From contig CBDFJG010000004.1 of NCBI GenBank assembly GCA_965248445.1, positions 544,001 to 608,000 on the forward strand: a stretch of DNA of 64,000 bases, read 5' to 3'. Shown piece by piece: positions 1-12,430 of this stretch. This DNA comes from Planctomycetota bacterium (lineage in GTDB: Bacteria; Planctomycetota; JAJSAM01; JAJVHW01). Made by a program: the position numbers and the translations under genes. The first letter of the stretch is position 1; each line of letters starts with the position of its first letter. The notes beneath the pieces were generated by a model, which saw nothing but the letters and a program-made list of their open reading frames with translations, did no database searches and was not told the origin of the DNA.

Positions 1-764
1 TGCGCAGGGAACTCCTCCGCACCGCCCTCGCCCTGCAGTTGCACCGACGCTTCGGATACGTCCGTGACGAGCGTCTTCGTGCGCACTTCGACTCCTAGCC
101 GCGCGAGAGACCCTTGCGCGGCATCGGAGAGATCGGGGGCCAAGTTCCCGAGCACGCGCTCGCCCGCCTCGACGAGAACGACGCGGGCTGCACCCGGGTC
201 GATCCGCCGGAACTCGTGGCGCAGGGTGTAGCGAGCCACCTCGGCGAGTGTGCCCGCGAGTTCCACGCCGGTCGGACCCCCGCCGACGACGACGAACGTG
301 AGCCACGCACGGACAGCCTCCGGGGCGGTCTCGCGTTCAGCACGCTCGAATGCCCCCAACACGCGGCCGCGAATCGACGCGGCGTCCTCGAGGGTCTTGA
401 GTCCTGGCGCGTGTTCGGCCCACTCCGGGTGGTCGAAGTAGTGGTTACACATCCCAGTGGCGACGGCGAGTGCGTCGTAGCCGACGCTCCCATCGCGCAG
501 GAGTACGCGACGGTTCTCCAAGTCGAAGTCCACGACGTCGGCCATCAGGACGCTGGCGTTCGCTTGCCTTCTCAGAATGCTGCGCAGCGGCGCCGCGATG
601 TTCGGCGAGGAGAGCCCTCCGGTCGCGACCTGATAGAGCAGCGGCTGGAAGAGGTGGTAGTTCGTTCGGTCGAGGAGCGTGACACGCACCGGAGCGCGCC
701 GCAAGGCGCGGGTCAGAGACAGACCGGCGAAGCCGCCTCCCACCACCACGACATGGTACGGCTC
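1..764 (-). CDS. ndh: Type II NADH dehydrogenase / NAD(P)-FAD oxidoreductase (runs off the window; start unresolved)
   Basis: Manual translation, not in ORF track: EPYHVVVVGGGFAGL...LDRTNYHLFQPLLYQVATGGLS...WLTFVVVGGGPTGVELAG, i.e. both Rossmann motifs of NDH-2. Confidence 0.9.
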
Positions 765-1168
765 GCCGCTGGACGGGGCGCCGCCGGCGCTCTGGTCATG
801 CTCGTCGGGTGGCGGCCGGACATGTGGGATGGAGCCCTCCTCGCAACAAAGAGGCGTGCTTCGCCAACCGATCGTCCCAGCGCCTGCCCGTGCAACAAGT
901 GTACGCGAGTACCGAGAACGGTGATAACCCTCCGCCCCTCTTCGCCGTTGGTGAACAGCGGCTCCCGGCGCTAGCGTTGGCGCGCGGATGTGGCTCGCCG
1001 CTTCGGCGGCTCGGACACCGTTGAAACCGAGTCGCGAGTCCTCGCTCCTGAGGACTCTCCATGCTCGCTCCAAGCCCGGACTCCCGCGACGATCGCCGAC
1101 GTCCGGCCAACAACTGCGCCGACGAACCGGTGCACTATGATGCGGCGAGGAACGCGCGGAGGAGCCCG

Positions 1169-1381
1169 ATGAGTCAGACATACACCGCAGTCGTCAAGCA
1201 GACCGGTGACTGGTGGATCGGGTGGATCGAGGAGGTGCCGGGCGTCAACTGCCAGGAACGCACGCGCGAGGCACTCGAGAAAACGCTTCGGGTCACGCTG
1301 ACCGAGGCCCTCGAGAACAACCGGCAGGAGGCCCGCGACGCCGCCGGATCCGACTACGAGGAGATGCCGATCGCCGTATGA
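1169..1381 (+). CDS. hicB: HicB-family antitoxin (short form)
   Basis: MSQTYTAVVKQTGDWWIGWIEEVPGVNCQERTREAL; GGAGGAG RBS; ATGA overlap with hicA. Confidence 0.85.
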   Translation: MSQTYTAVVKQTGDWWIGWIEEVPGVNCQERTREALEKTLRVTLTEALENNRQEARDAAGSDYEEMPIAV

Positions 1382-1569
1382 AGCGGCGCGACCTCTTGCG
1401 CCATCTGCGTGCGCACGGCTGCACGCTCGTGCGCGAGGGCGCTCGCCACTCCTGGTGGCAGAACGGCGCGTGCGACCGGCGCAGCGCCATCTCTCGCCAC
1501 CGCGAGATCCAGGAGGTGCTCGCGCGGAAGATCTGCCGCGACCTCGGCGTCGAACAGCCGCGCGTGTAG
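1378..1569 (+). CDS. hicA: HicA-family mRNA interferase toxin
   Basis: MKRRDLLRHLRAHGCTLVREGARHSWWQN...ISRHREIQEVLARKICRDLG; typical HicA pattern with the conserved His. Confidence 0.85.
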   Translation: MKRRDLLRHLRAHGCTLVREGARHSWWQNGACDRRSAISRHREIQEVLARKICRDLGVEQPRV

Positions 1570-1655
1570 TTGTTCCACAGACCACAGAGCTGAACGTAAG
1601 GCACACACCCTGCGGACCGAGCGCGTGCCCGGTCGTCGTAACTACTGCCCGGCAA

Positions 1656-1689
1656 CATCTCCGGCTCCAGATCGCCGCCGAGGCCGTCC

Positions 1690-1710
<21 letters not shown>
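1656..1710 (-). repeat. Diverged duplicate of the 3' end of the AhpD-like gene (att-like scar)
   Basis: Translates NYINRIADGLGGDLEPEM versus NYINRIADGLGVDLEPEM at 4579-4633; the differences are mostly synonymous. Confidence 0.85.
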
Positions 1711-4633
<2,923 letters not shown>

Positions 4634-4870
4634 AAGTAGCTGATGACCTGGGCGGCGTCGTGGATCGCAGTGTCGTTGAATCCGGCGGCGCGGAGGGTGT
4701 CGACGTCGGCCTGTCCGCACGCTGCCGGTGAGCGCGTGAGCTTCTCGGCATAGACGCAGAGGGCCGTGTCCTGCGCGTCGAGGCCGGCGGTGTGCCAGTC
4801 CGTCTTGAGTGCTGTGGTGATGCGCGCGACCTCGTCCTTGTCCTGCTTCGTGACCCTCTCCAACTCGCCG

Positions 4871-4893
4871 ATAGCCTCCGCACGGAAGGCCAT
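4871..4893 (-). promoter_or_regulatory. Putative bacterial SECIS hairpin
   Basis: AUGGCC-U-UCC-GUGC-GGA-GGCUAU: stem with a bulged U and a G-initiated apical loop 25 nt after UGA. Confidence 0.65.
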
Positions 4894-5222
4894 GCCGTGG
4901 GCCTCGTATCAATAGAAGCAGTCGTTCGCGCGGGAGACGACGGTCGCCATCATCTCGCGCTGCCGGCGGCTGAGGGGCGAGGGTCCGAACATCGCCGCCT
5001 TGTAGAGGCTCATCGATCCTTCCATCACGGGAGCGTTGAGCGACATCAGGCGGACGATGCCCCACACCTTGCCGGCGCGCTCCAGCGCCTCGTCGAACAT
5101 GCGCTTGAGCAGCCCGGTCGCTTCGTCGTTCTGGATCTGTCGGATATAGGCCATGCGGGCAGGCTAGTTGAAGCGACGAGGCGCCCCGGTCGAGGAATCA
5201 GGTTGGACCTCTCGCGCAACGC

Positions 5223-5822
5223 TTGATCCGGCAACTCACCGCTCTCGCCCTCGTCTCCACGCTCACCGCGTGCGCTTCGGCCGGAGGTTTGGGCTTTCTC
5301 GGCGGCGGGTACTCGGTACGGAGGGGAACCGAGCGAGCGCGCTACGACATACAGGGCAACACCTTCGACGAGATCCGTAGAGAGCTCTCTTCGAAGGGAC
5401 GCCACGGGTTCCACGGCTGGATGGAGTGGCAGGTGCGGTGGGACTACCGCACCTCGGGGATCGCCGGACGCGGTTGCAGCGTGACCGGCTTCCGCACGGA
5501 CCTGAGAGTGCGGATCACGACACCCCGGCTCGTCGGCGCGCACTCGAAGCAGCCCGCACTGCGGGAGGAGTGGCTGCGCTACGAACGCGCGCTCAGCCAT
5601 CACGAAGACGGTCACGCCGCCATCGCGGCCGAGGCCGCAGAGGAGATGGAGCAGCGCGTGCAGTCGCTCAGGGCGACGACGGGGAGCTGCGCTGGGCTCG
5701 GGACGCGCATCGACCAGATCTGTCACGAGGTGCTCGCCGAGTACCGCAGGCGGGACCAGCAGTACGAGCGCGAGACCGGGCACGGGCGCACGCAGGGCGC
5801 GCTGTTCGGTCTCAGCCGGTAG
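5223..5822 (+). CDS. DUF922-like predicted Zn-protease lipoprotein
   Basis: Lipobox LTAC, YDIQG N-terminal motif, HEDGH zincin-like motif. Confidence 0.7.
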   Translation: MIRQLTALALVSTLTACASAGGLGFLGGGYSVRRGTERARYDIQGNTFDEIRRELSSKGRHGFHGWMEWQVRWDYRTSGIAGRGCSVTGFRTDLRVRITTPRLVGAHSKQPALREEWLRYERALSHHEDGHAAIAAEAAEEMEQRVQSLRATTGSCAGLGTRIDQICHEVLAEYRRRDQQYERETGHGRTQGALFGLSR

Positions 5823-6873
5823 CCGCCACGAACGCAGCGAGCAGCGCGTCCGCCTCGGCGTCCTCGGAGTGATGCCCGCGCACGTACTCGCACGCGGCTC
5901 GCCCCATCTGCTCTCGTGTCTCCGGGTGACGGGCTAGGACCGACAGGTAGCCGACGAGCGCCTGCACGTCGTGCACGCGGGCACCCGACTCCGATGTCGC
6001 TACCGGGTAGAGAGCACCGCGCGATCCGTCCCGTGAGAGGAATGCCGCGTTGCCCGGCACGTCCGACGCGACGACCGCGCAGCGGTGCGCCATCGCCTCG
6101 AGCACAGCGTTGCTGCCGCCCTCCGCGTCGCTCGTGTTGAGGACGATGTCGGCGGACGCGTAGATCTCGCCCATCTCTTTGTGCGGCACCGCTCCGTGCA
6201 GGATCGCGGCCCACGCGTCTTCGCCTCCCGCCAGCTCTGCGAGACGCGTGTTCTCGGCGGCGTCACGCACCTCCCCGACGACCACGAGTCGCGCGGGGCG
6301 CCCCTCGGCCCGGACCCCCGCCGCGGCGTGCATGGCGACGTCGAGTCGCTTCACCGGGCGCACGTTCGCCACCACCAGGAGGATCGTCTCGTGCGGTTCG
6401 CTGTCCACCGCGAGATCGTGTTGCACCTCGGGGATCGACACCGACTTGGGCACGACCGCCACGAGCCGCGCGCTGGGTGCGAGGGCGCGGGCGACCTCCA
6501 CCTCGTCGTCGTGTCCGCAGAGCACGGCGCTCGCCCGCGCGAGCGCGTTCTCCACGAGCGGGCGCCGCTCGGGGTTCTGCAGGTCGAGCGAGATGTCCGT
6601 TCCAGTCAGCACGACGACCAGCGGCACGCCGAGTTGCTGCGACAGCGCCACGCCGCGCGGGCCGCAGCGGCGCGCGTGGTAGGCGACGACCACATCCGCT
6701 GCCAAGTGGAGCGGCGCGTCCGACGGGACGTCGTCGGGCCGCAGGATCTCCACCGCAACGCCGCGTGCGCGCAGCAGTCGGGCGTGACGCTGGACGCTGA
6801 TCTCGTTGCCGGTACGCGCACCCGCGCGGTTGGGAACGACAAGGAGAACGTGAGCTATCGGGGCTCTGCTCAC
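5812..6873 (-). CDS. GT4 glycosyltransferase, SenB/TIGR04348-like
   Basis: RTGNEISVQRHARLL, AYHARR, PLVVVLTGTD, NVRPVKR, LNTSDAEGGSNAVLEAM; GTG start at 6873. Confidence 0.75.
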   Translation of the reverse strand: MSRAPIAHVLLVVPNRAGARTGNEISVQRHARLLRARGVAVEILRPDDVPSDAPLHLAADVVVAYHARRCGPRGVALSQQLGVPLVVVLTGTDISLDLQNPERRPLVENALARASAVLCGHDDEVEVARALAPSARLVAVVPKSVSIPEVQHDLAVDSEPHETILLVVANVRPVKRLDVAMHAAAGVRAEGRPARLVVVGEVRDAAENTRLAELAGGEDAWAAILHGAVPHKEMGEIYASADIVLNTSDAEGGSNAVLEAMAHRCAVVASDVPGNAAFLSRDGSRGALYPVATSESGARVHDVQALVGYLSVLARHPETREQMGRAACEYVRGHHSEDAEADALLAAFVAATG

Positions 6874-6877
6874 GCGC

Positions 6878-7339
6878 TCAGCAGCATCCGCCGCTGCCGC
6901 ACCCGCCACCACCGCCGTGCTGGTGGCCGTCGTCGGGCGCGCCCGATCCCTCACCACACTGGCCATCGCCACACGCGCCGCTGTTGCAGGACCCGCCCTC
7001 GGGGCGCGGCACGCTGACCTTGAAGCCCTGCACCTCGGCCGTCTCGACGTAGTCGACCGTCGCTCCGTGCACGTAGGGCAGGCTCTGCGGATCGACGATG
7101 ACGGAGAGATCTCCGACCTTGACCGACGTGTCGCCGTCCTCGGCCTTGTCGAACGCGAGTCCGAACGCCGGGCCGCCGCAGCCACCGCCCGCCACAAACA
7201 GGCGCAGGTTGCGCTCGTCGGCGGCGAGTTCCTCCTGCTCCATCACGGCCAGCACCTTGGCGCGGGCGCCGTCGGTGATGGTCAGGTCGTTGATCGTGGC
7301 CGGAGTCGGGGTCGGTGTAGGTGTGGTCTCGGTCGACAT
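6878..7339 (-). CDS. HesB/IscA-family Fe-S assembly accessory protein with a Cys/His/Gly-rich tail
   Basis: ITDGA, LRLFVAGGGCGGPAFGLAFD, VDPQSLPYVHGATVDY, QGFKV. Confidence 0.85.
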   Translation of the reverse strand: MSTETTPTPTPTPATINDLTITDGARAKVLAVMEQEELAADERNLRLFVAGGGCGGPAFGLAFDKAEDGDTSVKVGDLSVIVDPQSLPYVHGATVDYVETAEVQGFKVSVPRPEGGSCNSGACGDGQCGEGSGAPDDGHQHGGGGGCGSGGCC

Positions 7340-7474
7340 GAAGTCTCCTGCTCGGTGACACTCATCTTATCGGGCACACCGCGTCCGCCGTTCAAACACG
7401 CAGACCGCGCCATCTGCGTCAGCAGATGGGCCAGAAGACAGGGGCGGAGGCCTTCCCGCTACGCCGGGCCAGGC

Positions 7475-7783
7475 TCAGTCCGGACGTGCGCCGGCGCACT
7501 TCCAGCAGGCGTCGAACGACGCGGTGTGCTCCAGGTCGCAGGCCTCGCAGGTCCACTTGCCGCCATTGCGTATCCGCTCCTCGATCGCGGCCAGGAGAGT
7601 CACGGCGCGCTCGCCGTCCTCGTCGCGCACCCAGATCTCCGGGCGCATGTCGCGGGGCACCATCGAGCCGTCGGCCCAGAACGGCTGGTCGCCGCGGACC
7701 TCGGCCGGGATGCCCTCGGACTCGAGCACTCCCTTCACGAGGTGTGCCCGAGAGGGTTCGTCGGCGATGTATATGCGGCGCAT
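7475..7783 (-). CDS. DUF2007-like signalling protein with a C-terminal RanBP2-type Zn ribbon
   Basis: AHLVKGVLESEGIPAEVR...PEIWV...WTCEAC...FDACWKC. Confidence 0.75.
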   Translation of the reverse strand: MRRIYIADEPSRAHLVKGVLESEGIPAEVRGDQPFWADGSMVPRDMRPEIWVRDEDGERAVTLLAAIEERIRNGGKWTCEACDLEHTASFDACWKCAGARPD

Positions 7784-7808
7784 GAGCATGATGGTACTCC
7801 ACTGAATT

Positions 7809-7874
7809 TCTGTTCGTCCTCTGACGAAGACGACACGTGGACATCTGTTCGTCCTCTGACGAGGACGAGACGTG
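7809..7874. repeat. 35-bp-period tandem repeat (2 copies) with an internal palindrome, in a divergent intergenic region
   Basis: tctgttcgtcctctgacgaagacgacacgtg and tctgttcgtcctctgacgaggacgagacgtg; TCGTCCTC-tgac-GAGGACGA. Confidence 0.85.
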
Positions 7875-7987
7875 TTCAACCGGCACGGGAGCGCGGGAGT
7901 TCGACCCAGGTCCTCTGAGCCAACTCTCCCGAGCTGACCTCCAGCGCTGGGCACGCCCGTGACGATCCCGTGGGGTAGGCTCCTCCC

Positions 7988-9721
7988 GTGCAGATCACCA
8001 CGCTGCTCCGCACTCTCCGCAGGACGGCATCGCTGCGCGACGCCGCATGGGCGACCGCCTGGGCCGCAGCGCTGCTGGTCGTCGAAGTTGTCGGCCGGCA
8101 ATCACCGAGTGAGTGGATGGACGCGTCGCTGCTCGGTTCGCTGATCGTGCTCGGGATGGTCACTCACGGCCGCAACAGCGCTCGCGAGATCACGTGGTGG
8201 AGCGCACTCGCCCGTGGCGTCAAGCGAGCGAGCAAGGCCGTCGAACGGGCGATGTCGCTGAGCGCCGACCTGCGGCCCGATCGTCTGCCGAACGCACTGC
8301 CGATCGGAATGCTCGCGTGGATCGGGACGCTGCTCGTGGCGGTGTACGCGGCGGCATTGTTCGGCGGACCCGCCGCGCTCCGTTCGCTGGCGGGGATCGC
8401 GTACGTCCCGGCGCTCGCGGCGCTCGCGACGATGTGGGCTGCGACGCTCATGTCGTGGGTGATCGTGGGCGGGCTGACGGGCTGGTTCGTGATCGACCTG
8501 ATCGCCGTTCGCCGCGAGAACGGCACGCCGCCGGGGCCGAGGCCGGTGTATCGCGGCACCTGGATACTGGCGGGACCGACTGTCGGCGCCCTGACCTCCG
8601 CCGCCGTCCCGTCGCCGGTCTACGCCGCACTGACGCTGCTCGCCGCACTCGGCCTTCTGCTGGTGCTGCCGTTCCTCACCAACTACGACCAAGTGTCCGC
8701 AGTCACGACCCGCCGCGGCGAGCAGCGCCGGGTGAGTCTGCCGTTCGCGTTCGCGTGCAGCGTCCTGCCGTGGCCTCTGCTGATGGTCACAGCGGCGTTC
8801 GCGATGTCGGGCGTCCAGCGCGCCGACGCCACGGCGGCGGGGCTCGGGTTCTCCGCCCGCGCCGCCACCGCCGGCGCCGCATGTTGGACGACGTTCCTGC
8901 TGCTCGCCGCGTATCACGTGCTGCGCGACGGACTGACTGCCCGGTGGCAGGACGAGACGCGCGAGCCCTCGCGGCGCGTCGCCCTCGACGGTGACCCGGA
9001 GGCCGTCGCCGAGGCGCGCTCGCAGCTCGTCGCCGCCGGGTTCAAGGTCCGTCGCACCGACCGGCCCGAGCGGGGCGAAGTTCGGGTCGTCGTGCACCCG
9101 CCTCTCGATGGAGTGGACGTGGTCTCGATCGTCGAGCGCCGTCACCGCATCCAGCAGCGCCGTCTGATCCGACGCGGTTTGCGCCGCGCGCTCAAGGCCG
9201 CCAGCCGCTTCCGCTACGACAAGGGCCACGGCTACCTGTTGATGCCGCACGTCGCGGTCATGCCGCGCCTGCTCCGCAACGAGAGGGAGGAGGACAGTGC
9301 GTCGCGCGGGATCGGCTGCAGCGAGGACGTTCTCGCGCCCGACTGGGTGAGGCTCATCCCCCCCACCGGGCTGCACCACCTGCGCGAGGTCCTGCTGGCC
9401 ACTGATGTCGACGCGATCTTCCTCGAGGACGGCATCTCCCACCGCAACCTCATGCGCGTGCTCGGGATACTGTACGAGGTCTACGACATGCATGACGGCG
9501 AGCGCCGTGTCATCGACCGCGACTTCGTCGGTCTGGTGCACGTGCGCGTGATCCTGCACGACGTCGGCGGGCAGTCACCGTTCCGGCACAGCGGCTACAG
9601 AGAGCCCGACTACGAGAACGTGGCGCGCGCGCGCATGCTGCACGTCTTCAAGGAACGCGGCGGCGAAGAGGACCGCGTGGAGGCGCCGGCGCCCGGCGAC
9701 CTCGTACCGGTTCTGGCCTAG
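7988..9721 (+). CDS. Multi-pass membrane protein with a soluble C-terminal domain, function unknown
   Basis: 577-aa ORF; many hydrophobic segments in the N-terminal ~310 aa; ordered-looking C-terminal domain (FLEDGI...EPDYENVARARMLHVFKERGG). Confidence 0.7.
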   Translation: MQITTLLRTLRRTASLRDAAWATAWAAALLVVEVVGRQSPSEWMDASLLGSLIVLGMVTHGRNSAREITWWSALARGVKRASKAVERAMSLSADLRPDRLPNALPIGMLAWIGTLLVAVYAAALFGGPAALRSLAGIAYVPALAALATMWAATLMSWVIVGGLTGWFVIDLIAVRRENGTPPGPRPVYRGTWILAGPTVGALTSAAVPSPVYAALTLLAALGLLLVLPFLTNYDQVSAVTTRRGEQRRVSLPFAFACSVLPWPLLMVTAAFAMSGVQRADATAAGLGFSARAATAGAACWTTFLLLAAYHVLRDGLTARWQDETREPSRRVALDGDPEAVAEARSQLVAAGFKVRRTDRPERGEVRVVVHPPLDGVDVVSIVERRHRIQQRRLIRRGLRRALKAASRFRYDKGHGYLLMPHVAVMPRLLRNEREEDSASRGIGCSEDVLAPDWVRLIPPTGLHHLREVLLATDVDAIFLEDGISHRNLMRVLGILYEVYDMHDGERRVIDRDFVGLVHVRVILHDVGGQSPFRHSGYREPDYENVARARMLHVFKERGGEEDRVEAPAPGDLVPVLA

Positions 9722-9743
9722 CTTGCCCTGCTAGCATTGCGCT

Positions 9744-9920
9744 GTGCCCGAGGCTCCGGTACCCCGCCCGAAACGCGTGAAGAACGACGGCCAGGCGCTC
9801 TTCGACGACAAAAAGGGCATCGTGCCGATGGCGCTGCGGAGCCTCCCGTGGTCCCTGATACTCGGAATCGTGGTGGTGCTGATCACTGCGGCGACGGCGT
9901 TGCTGTTCAAGTCGCTGTAG
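9744..9920 (+). CDS. Small single-TM protein (58 aa)
   Basis: Manual translation VPEAPVPRPKRVKNDGQALFDDKKGIVPMALRSLPWSLILGIVVVLITAATALLFKSL*; GC3-rich codons. Confidence 0.5.
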   Translation: MPEAPVPRPKRVKNDGQALFDDKKGIVPMALRSLPWSLILGIVVVLITAATALLFKSL

Positions 9921-10077
9921 GGGCGGCCCGCCGCGCCCGCCCGCGAGCAGACTGGTTCGTTCCGGCCTCGCAAGAGCCGACGCCCAGCAGCTCGCCGAAG
10001 GCGCACGGTCTCGTCCTCTCGCTTCAGCCGGTGCGCTCCGCGCACGATGCACGGGCGGGCCAGCGGCCCGCCCCTAC
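9917..10077. repeat. Inverted pair of GTAG-type REP palindromes (REPIN-like)
   Basis: GTAGGGGCGGCCCGCCGCGCCCGCCC at 9917 (+) and GTAGGGGCGGGCCGCTGGCCCGCCC at 10077 (-), between convergent genes. Confidence 0.7.
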
Positions 10078-10100
10078 AGGTCATCGCAGTTGGGGTCGCG

Positions 10101-10868
10101 TCACCGCCTGGGCGGGAGCTGGAAGCCGGGCGGGAGCGGCGGCCACGTGCCGGTGCTCGCCGAGGCCGTGGGTGGTGCAGCCTGTGCGGGGGGCGGACTG
10201 GGAGGCGCGGACGGCAACGAGGCGCCGCCGGGCAGCGGCGGTGCCGGCGGCTTGGGCGCACTCGGCGGCAACTTGAAGCCGCCCGGGAGCTTCGGCGCAG
10301 GTGGTCCGCCGGCCCTCTTCGCGGGAGCGGCCGATGGCGCCGCGGCGGGAGCACCGAGGCCCTTGACCTTCACCGCGGTGACCGCGCGATGCGTCGCGCG
10401 CCGTGCATCCCGCCCCGCCGCTCGGCTCTTCGCCGCGGGGGCGAGCCGCTTGGCGTGGTCGCGCTTCGCGAGCAGCAGGGACTCGAACGTGGCGGCGAGC
10501 TCGACGTCGTCGTCAGGGAGCCGTGCCACCAGCGCCTCGACGCGGGCGACCTCGCCCTCCGCCTCCTCCGCGGCACGGATGACGAGCCACTCGAGCGAGA
10601 GGTAGTTCAGGTCTTCCTTCCACAGCCGGAACGCGCGCAGCGTCGGGCCGGCGCGGTATCGCCCGAGCTGCACCAGCAATGCGCGGGTCAGCGCGTTCTC
10701 TTCGTCGCGGATGTCCTCGAGCAGCTGAAGGTCGCCCTCCCACTCGGACTTCACGTACGGGTTCGACCCAAGTGCGTGACCGACGAACGAGTGGTACTCC
10801 GCGGAGATGGCGGCGTTCAGCAGGTCGATGATCCCGCGGCGCGTCATCTTCTCGCTCGTGGCGCTCAT
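10101..10868 (-). CDS. Ferritin-like four-helix protein with a Pro-rich C-terminal tail, last gene of the nuo operon
   Basis: MSATSEK...LLNAAISAEY...DIRDEE...DLNYLSLEWL...KRDHAKRL; ATGA overlap with the nuoN stop. Confidence 0.7.
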   Translation of the reverse strand: MSATSEKMTRRGIIDLLNAAISAEYHSFVGHALGSNPYVKSEWEGDLQLLEDIRDEENALTRALLVQLGRYRAGPTLRAFRLWKEDLNYLSLEWLVIRAAEEAEGEVARVEALVARLPDDDVELAATFESLLLAKRDHAKRLAPAAKSRAAGRDARRATHRAVTAVKVKGLGAPAAAPSAAPAKRAGGPPAPKLPGGFKLPPSAPKPPAPPLPGGASLPSAPPSPPPAQAAPPTASASTGTWPPLPPGFQLPPRR

Positions 10869-12430
10869 CGCAGCACCGCCACGGCGTCGCGCGCCAGATC
10901 GGTGACGGAGTCCCAGCCCCAGAGTCCGAGGATGAGCAGCGGAACCGTCAGCGCGACGACGATCGCGAGATCGACGCCGCCCGTCGCCGTGCCGCCGATC
11001 GGCGGGCTCTCGACGCCGTTCTCCGGGGCCGGGGGATCGCGCAGGAACATCTCGCGCATGGGCTTCGCGTAGTAATAGAGCGACACCGCGCCGTTCAGGA
11101 GACCGAACGCCGCCAGGACATACATGCCCTCCTGCACCACTGGTGCGAAGAGCTGCAGCTTGCCAACAAAGCCCGCGGTCGGCGGCAGACCGGTCAGCGA
11201 GATGAGCATGATCGCGAAGCACGCTGCCAACAGTGTCTGCTTGTGGCCGAGGCCGCGCAGCGCGTGCACGTCGTCGGTGCCGAGATCGCGCTTCATCAGC
11301 ATGACGAAGAAGAACGCGCCGAGGTTCATGCAGAGGTAGATCAGGAAGTAGAAGCCGATCGCGGTCAGCGCGTCCGTCGAGGCGTCCGCGTGCAGGACGA
11401 CGACGGCGGTCATCAGCAGGTAGCCCGCGTGCGCGATCGAGGAGTACGCGAGCATGCGCTGCAACTTGTCCTGCCGGAGCGCTGCGAGGTTGCCCCACGT
11501 CATCGTGCCGACGGCGGCCACGGCGAGCATCTTCTCGACGAAGGCTGTGTCCTTGGCGAACAGTTCGCTGAGCGACGGCTCGACCGTCAGTCCAGCGCCC
11601 TGCGCGCCGTACGCCAGCACGCGGAGTCCCACGGCGAAGACAGCGGCCTTGGAGGCGACGGCCAGGAAGCCTGCGATCGGCGTCGGCGCGCCTTCGTAGA
11701 CGTCCGGGCACCAGAACTGGAACGGGAACGCGGCCGCTTTGAACGCGAAGCCGCCGAACGTCATCACCGCGCCCACCATCAAGGCCGGCTCCGCCTGGGC
11801 GGCGAGCAGACGCTCGGCGATCACGTCGAACTGCGTCGAGCCGGTGAACCCCATGATCAGAGTGATGCCGAACAGCATCACGGCGGACGAGACCGATCCG
11901 AAGATGACGTACTTGCCCGACGCCTCGGCGCCCTTGGCGCTCTCGAGGCGGTACCCGGCCATCAGGTAGCCGGTGTACGACACGAGCTCGAACGCGACGT
12001 AGAAGCCGATCAGTTCGGTCGCGCTCGCGAGGTAGCACATGCCGGCGAGCGCGCCGAACATCAGGACCTGGAACTCGCCTTCCTGCCCGTACTTCTTCCC
12101 GGACCGCATGACGGACACGACGGTCAACGCAGCGGTCGCCAGGAAGATCAGTTTGAACAGCCGGCCCAGCCCGTCGACGTGCATGGCGTCCATCGCCCCG
12201 TAGCCGACGCCGACGTTCTCGCCGCCCATGACCACGAGCACGGCGCCGATGACGATTCCCGCCAGCGTGATGAGGGGGTACACGGGGCTCGGGCCCTTGT
12301 GCCGGACGACGTCGATCAGCAGAACGACGACGACCATGGCGCACAGGAAGAACTCGGGCAGCAACGCCCCGAAGTTCTGGAGGGCGTCCGCCTTGAGCGG
12401 TCCCGCGTCCTGTGCGAGGAGGAAGCTCAC
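10865..12430 (-). CDS. nuoN: NADH-quinone oxidoreductase subunit N
   Basis: EASGKY, FKAAAFPFQFWCPDVYEGAPTP, RMLAYSSIAHAGY, GLPPTAGFVGK. Confidence 0.95.
   Translation of the reverse strand: MSFLLAQDAGPLKADALQNFGALLPEFFLCAMVVVVLLIDVVRHKGPSPVYPLITLAGIVIGAVLVVMGGENVGVGYGAMDAMHVDGLGRLFKLIFLATAALTVVSVMRSGKKYGQEGEFQVLMFGALAGMCYLASATELIGFYVAFELVSYTGYLMAGYRLESAKGAEASGKYVIFGSVSSAVMLFGITLIMGFTGSTQFDVIAERLLAAQAEPALMVGAVMTFGGFAFKAAAFPFQFWCPDVYEGAPTPIAGFLAVASKAAVFAVGLRVLAYGAQGAGLTVEPSLSELFAKDTAFVEKMLAVAAVGTMTWGNLAALRQDKLQRMLAYSSIAHAGYLLMTAVVVLHADASTDALTAIGFYFLIYLCMNLGAFFFVMLMKRDLGTDDVHALRGLGHKQTLLAACFAIMLISLTGLPPTAGFVGKLQLFAPVVQEGMYVLAAFGLLNGAVSLYYYAKPMREMFLRDPPAPENGVESPPIGGTATGGVDLAIVVALTVPLLILGLWGWDSVTDLARDAVAVLR

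Noticed and set aside
114..974. 286-aa plus-strand ORF and many other long shadow ORFs (e.g. 2055..4202, 34199..36550, and the N-terminal parts of 10101..12479 and 59351..61831)
   Set aside because: They are antisense or off-frame to genes with clear motifs, as expected in high-GC DNA.
7165..7195. HesB as a second selenoprotein
   Set aside because: The codon in GGGCGGP is TGC, and the terminal TGA is followed by a gene in another frame.
7809..7874. Mini CRISPR array
   Set aside because: Only two copies with a 4-bp spacer, and no cas genes.
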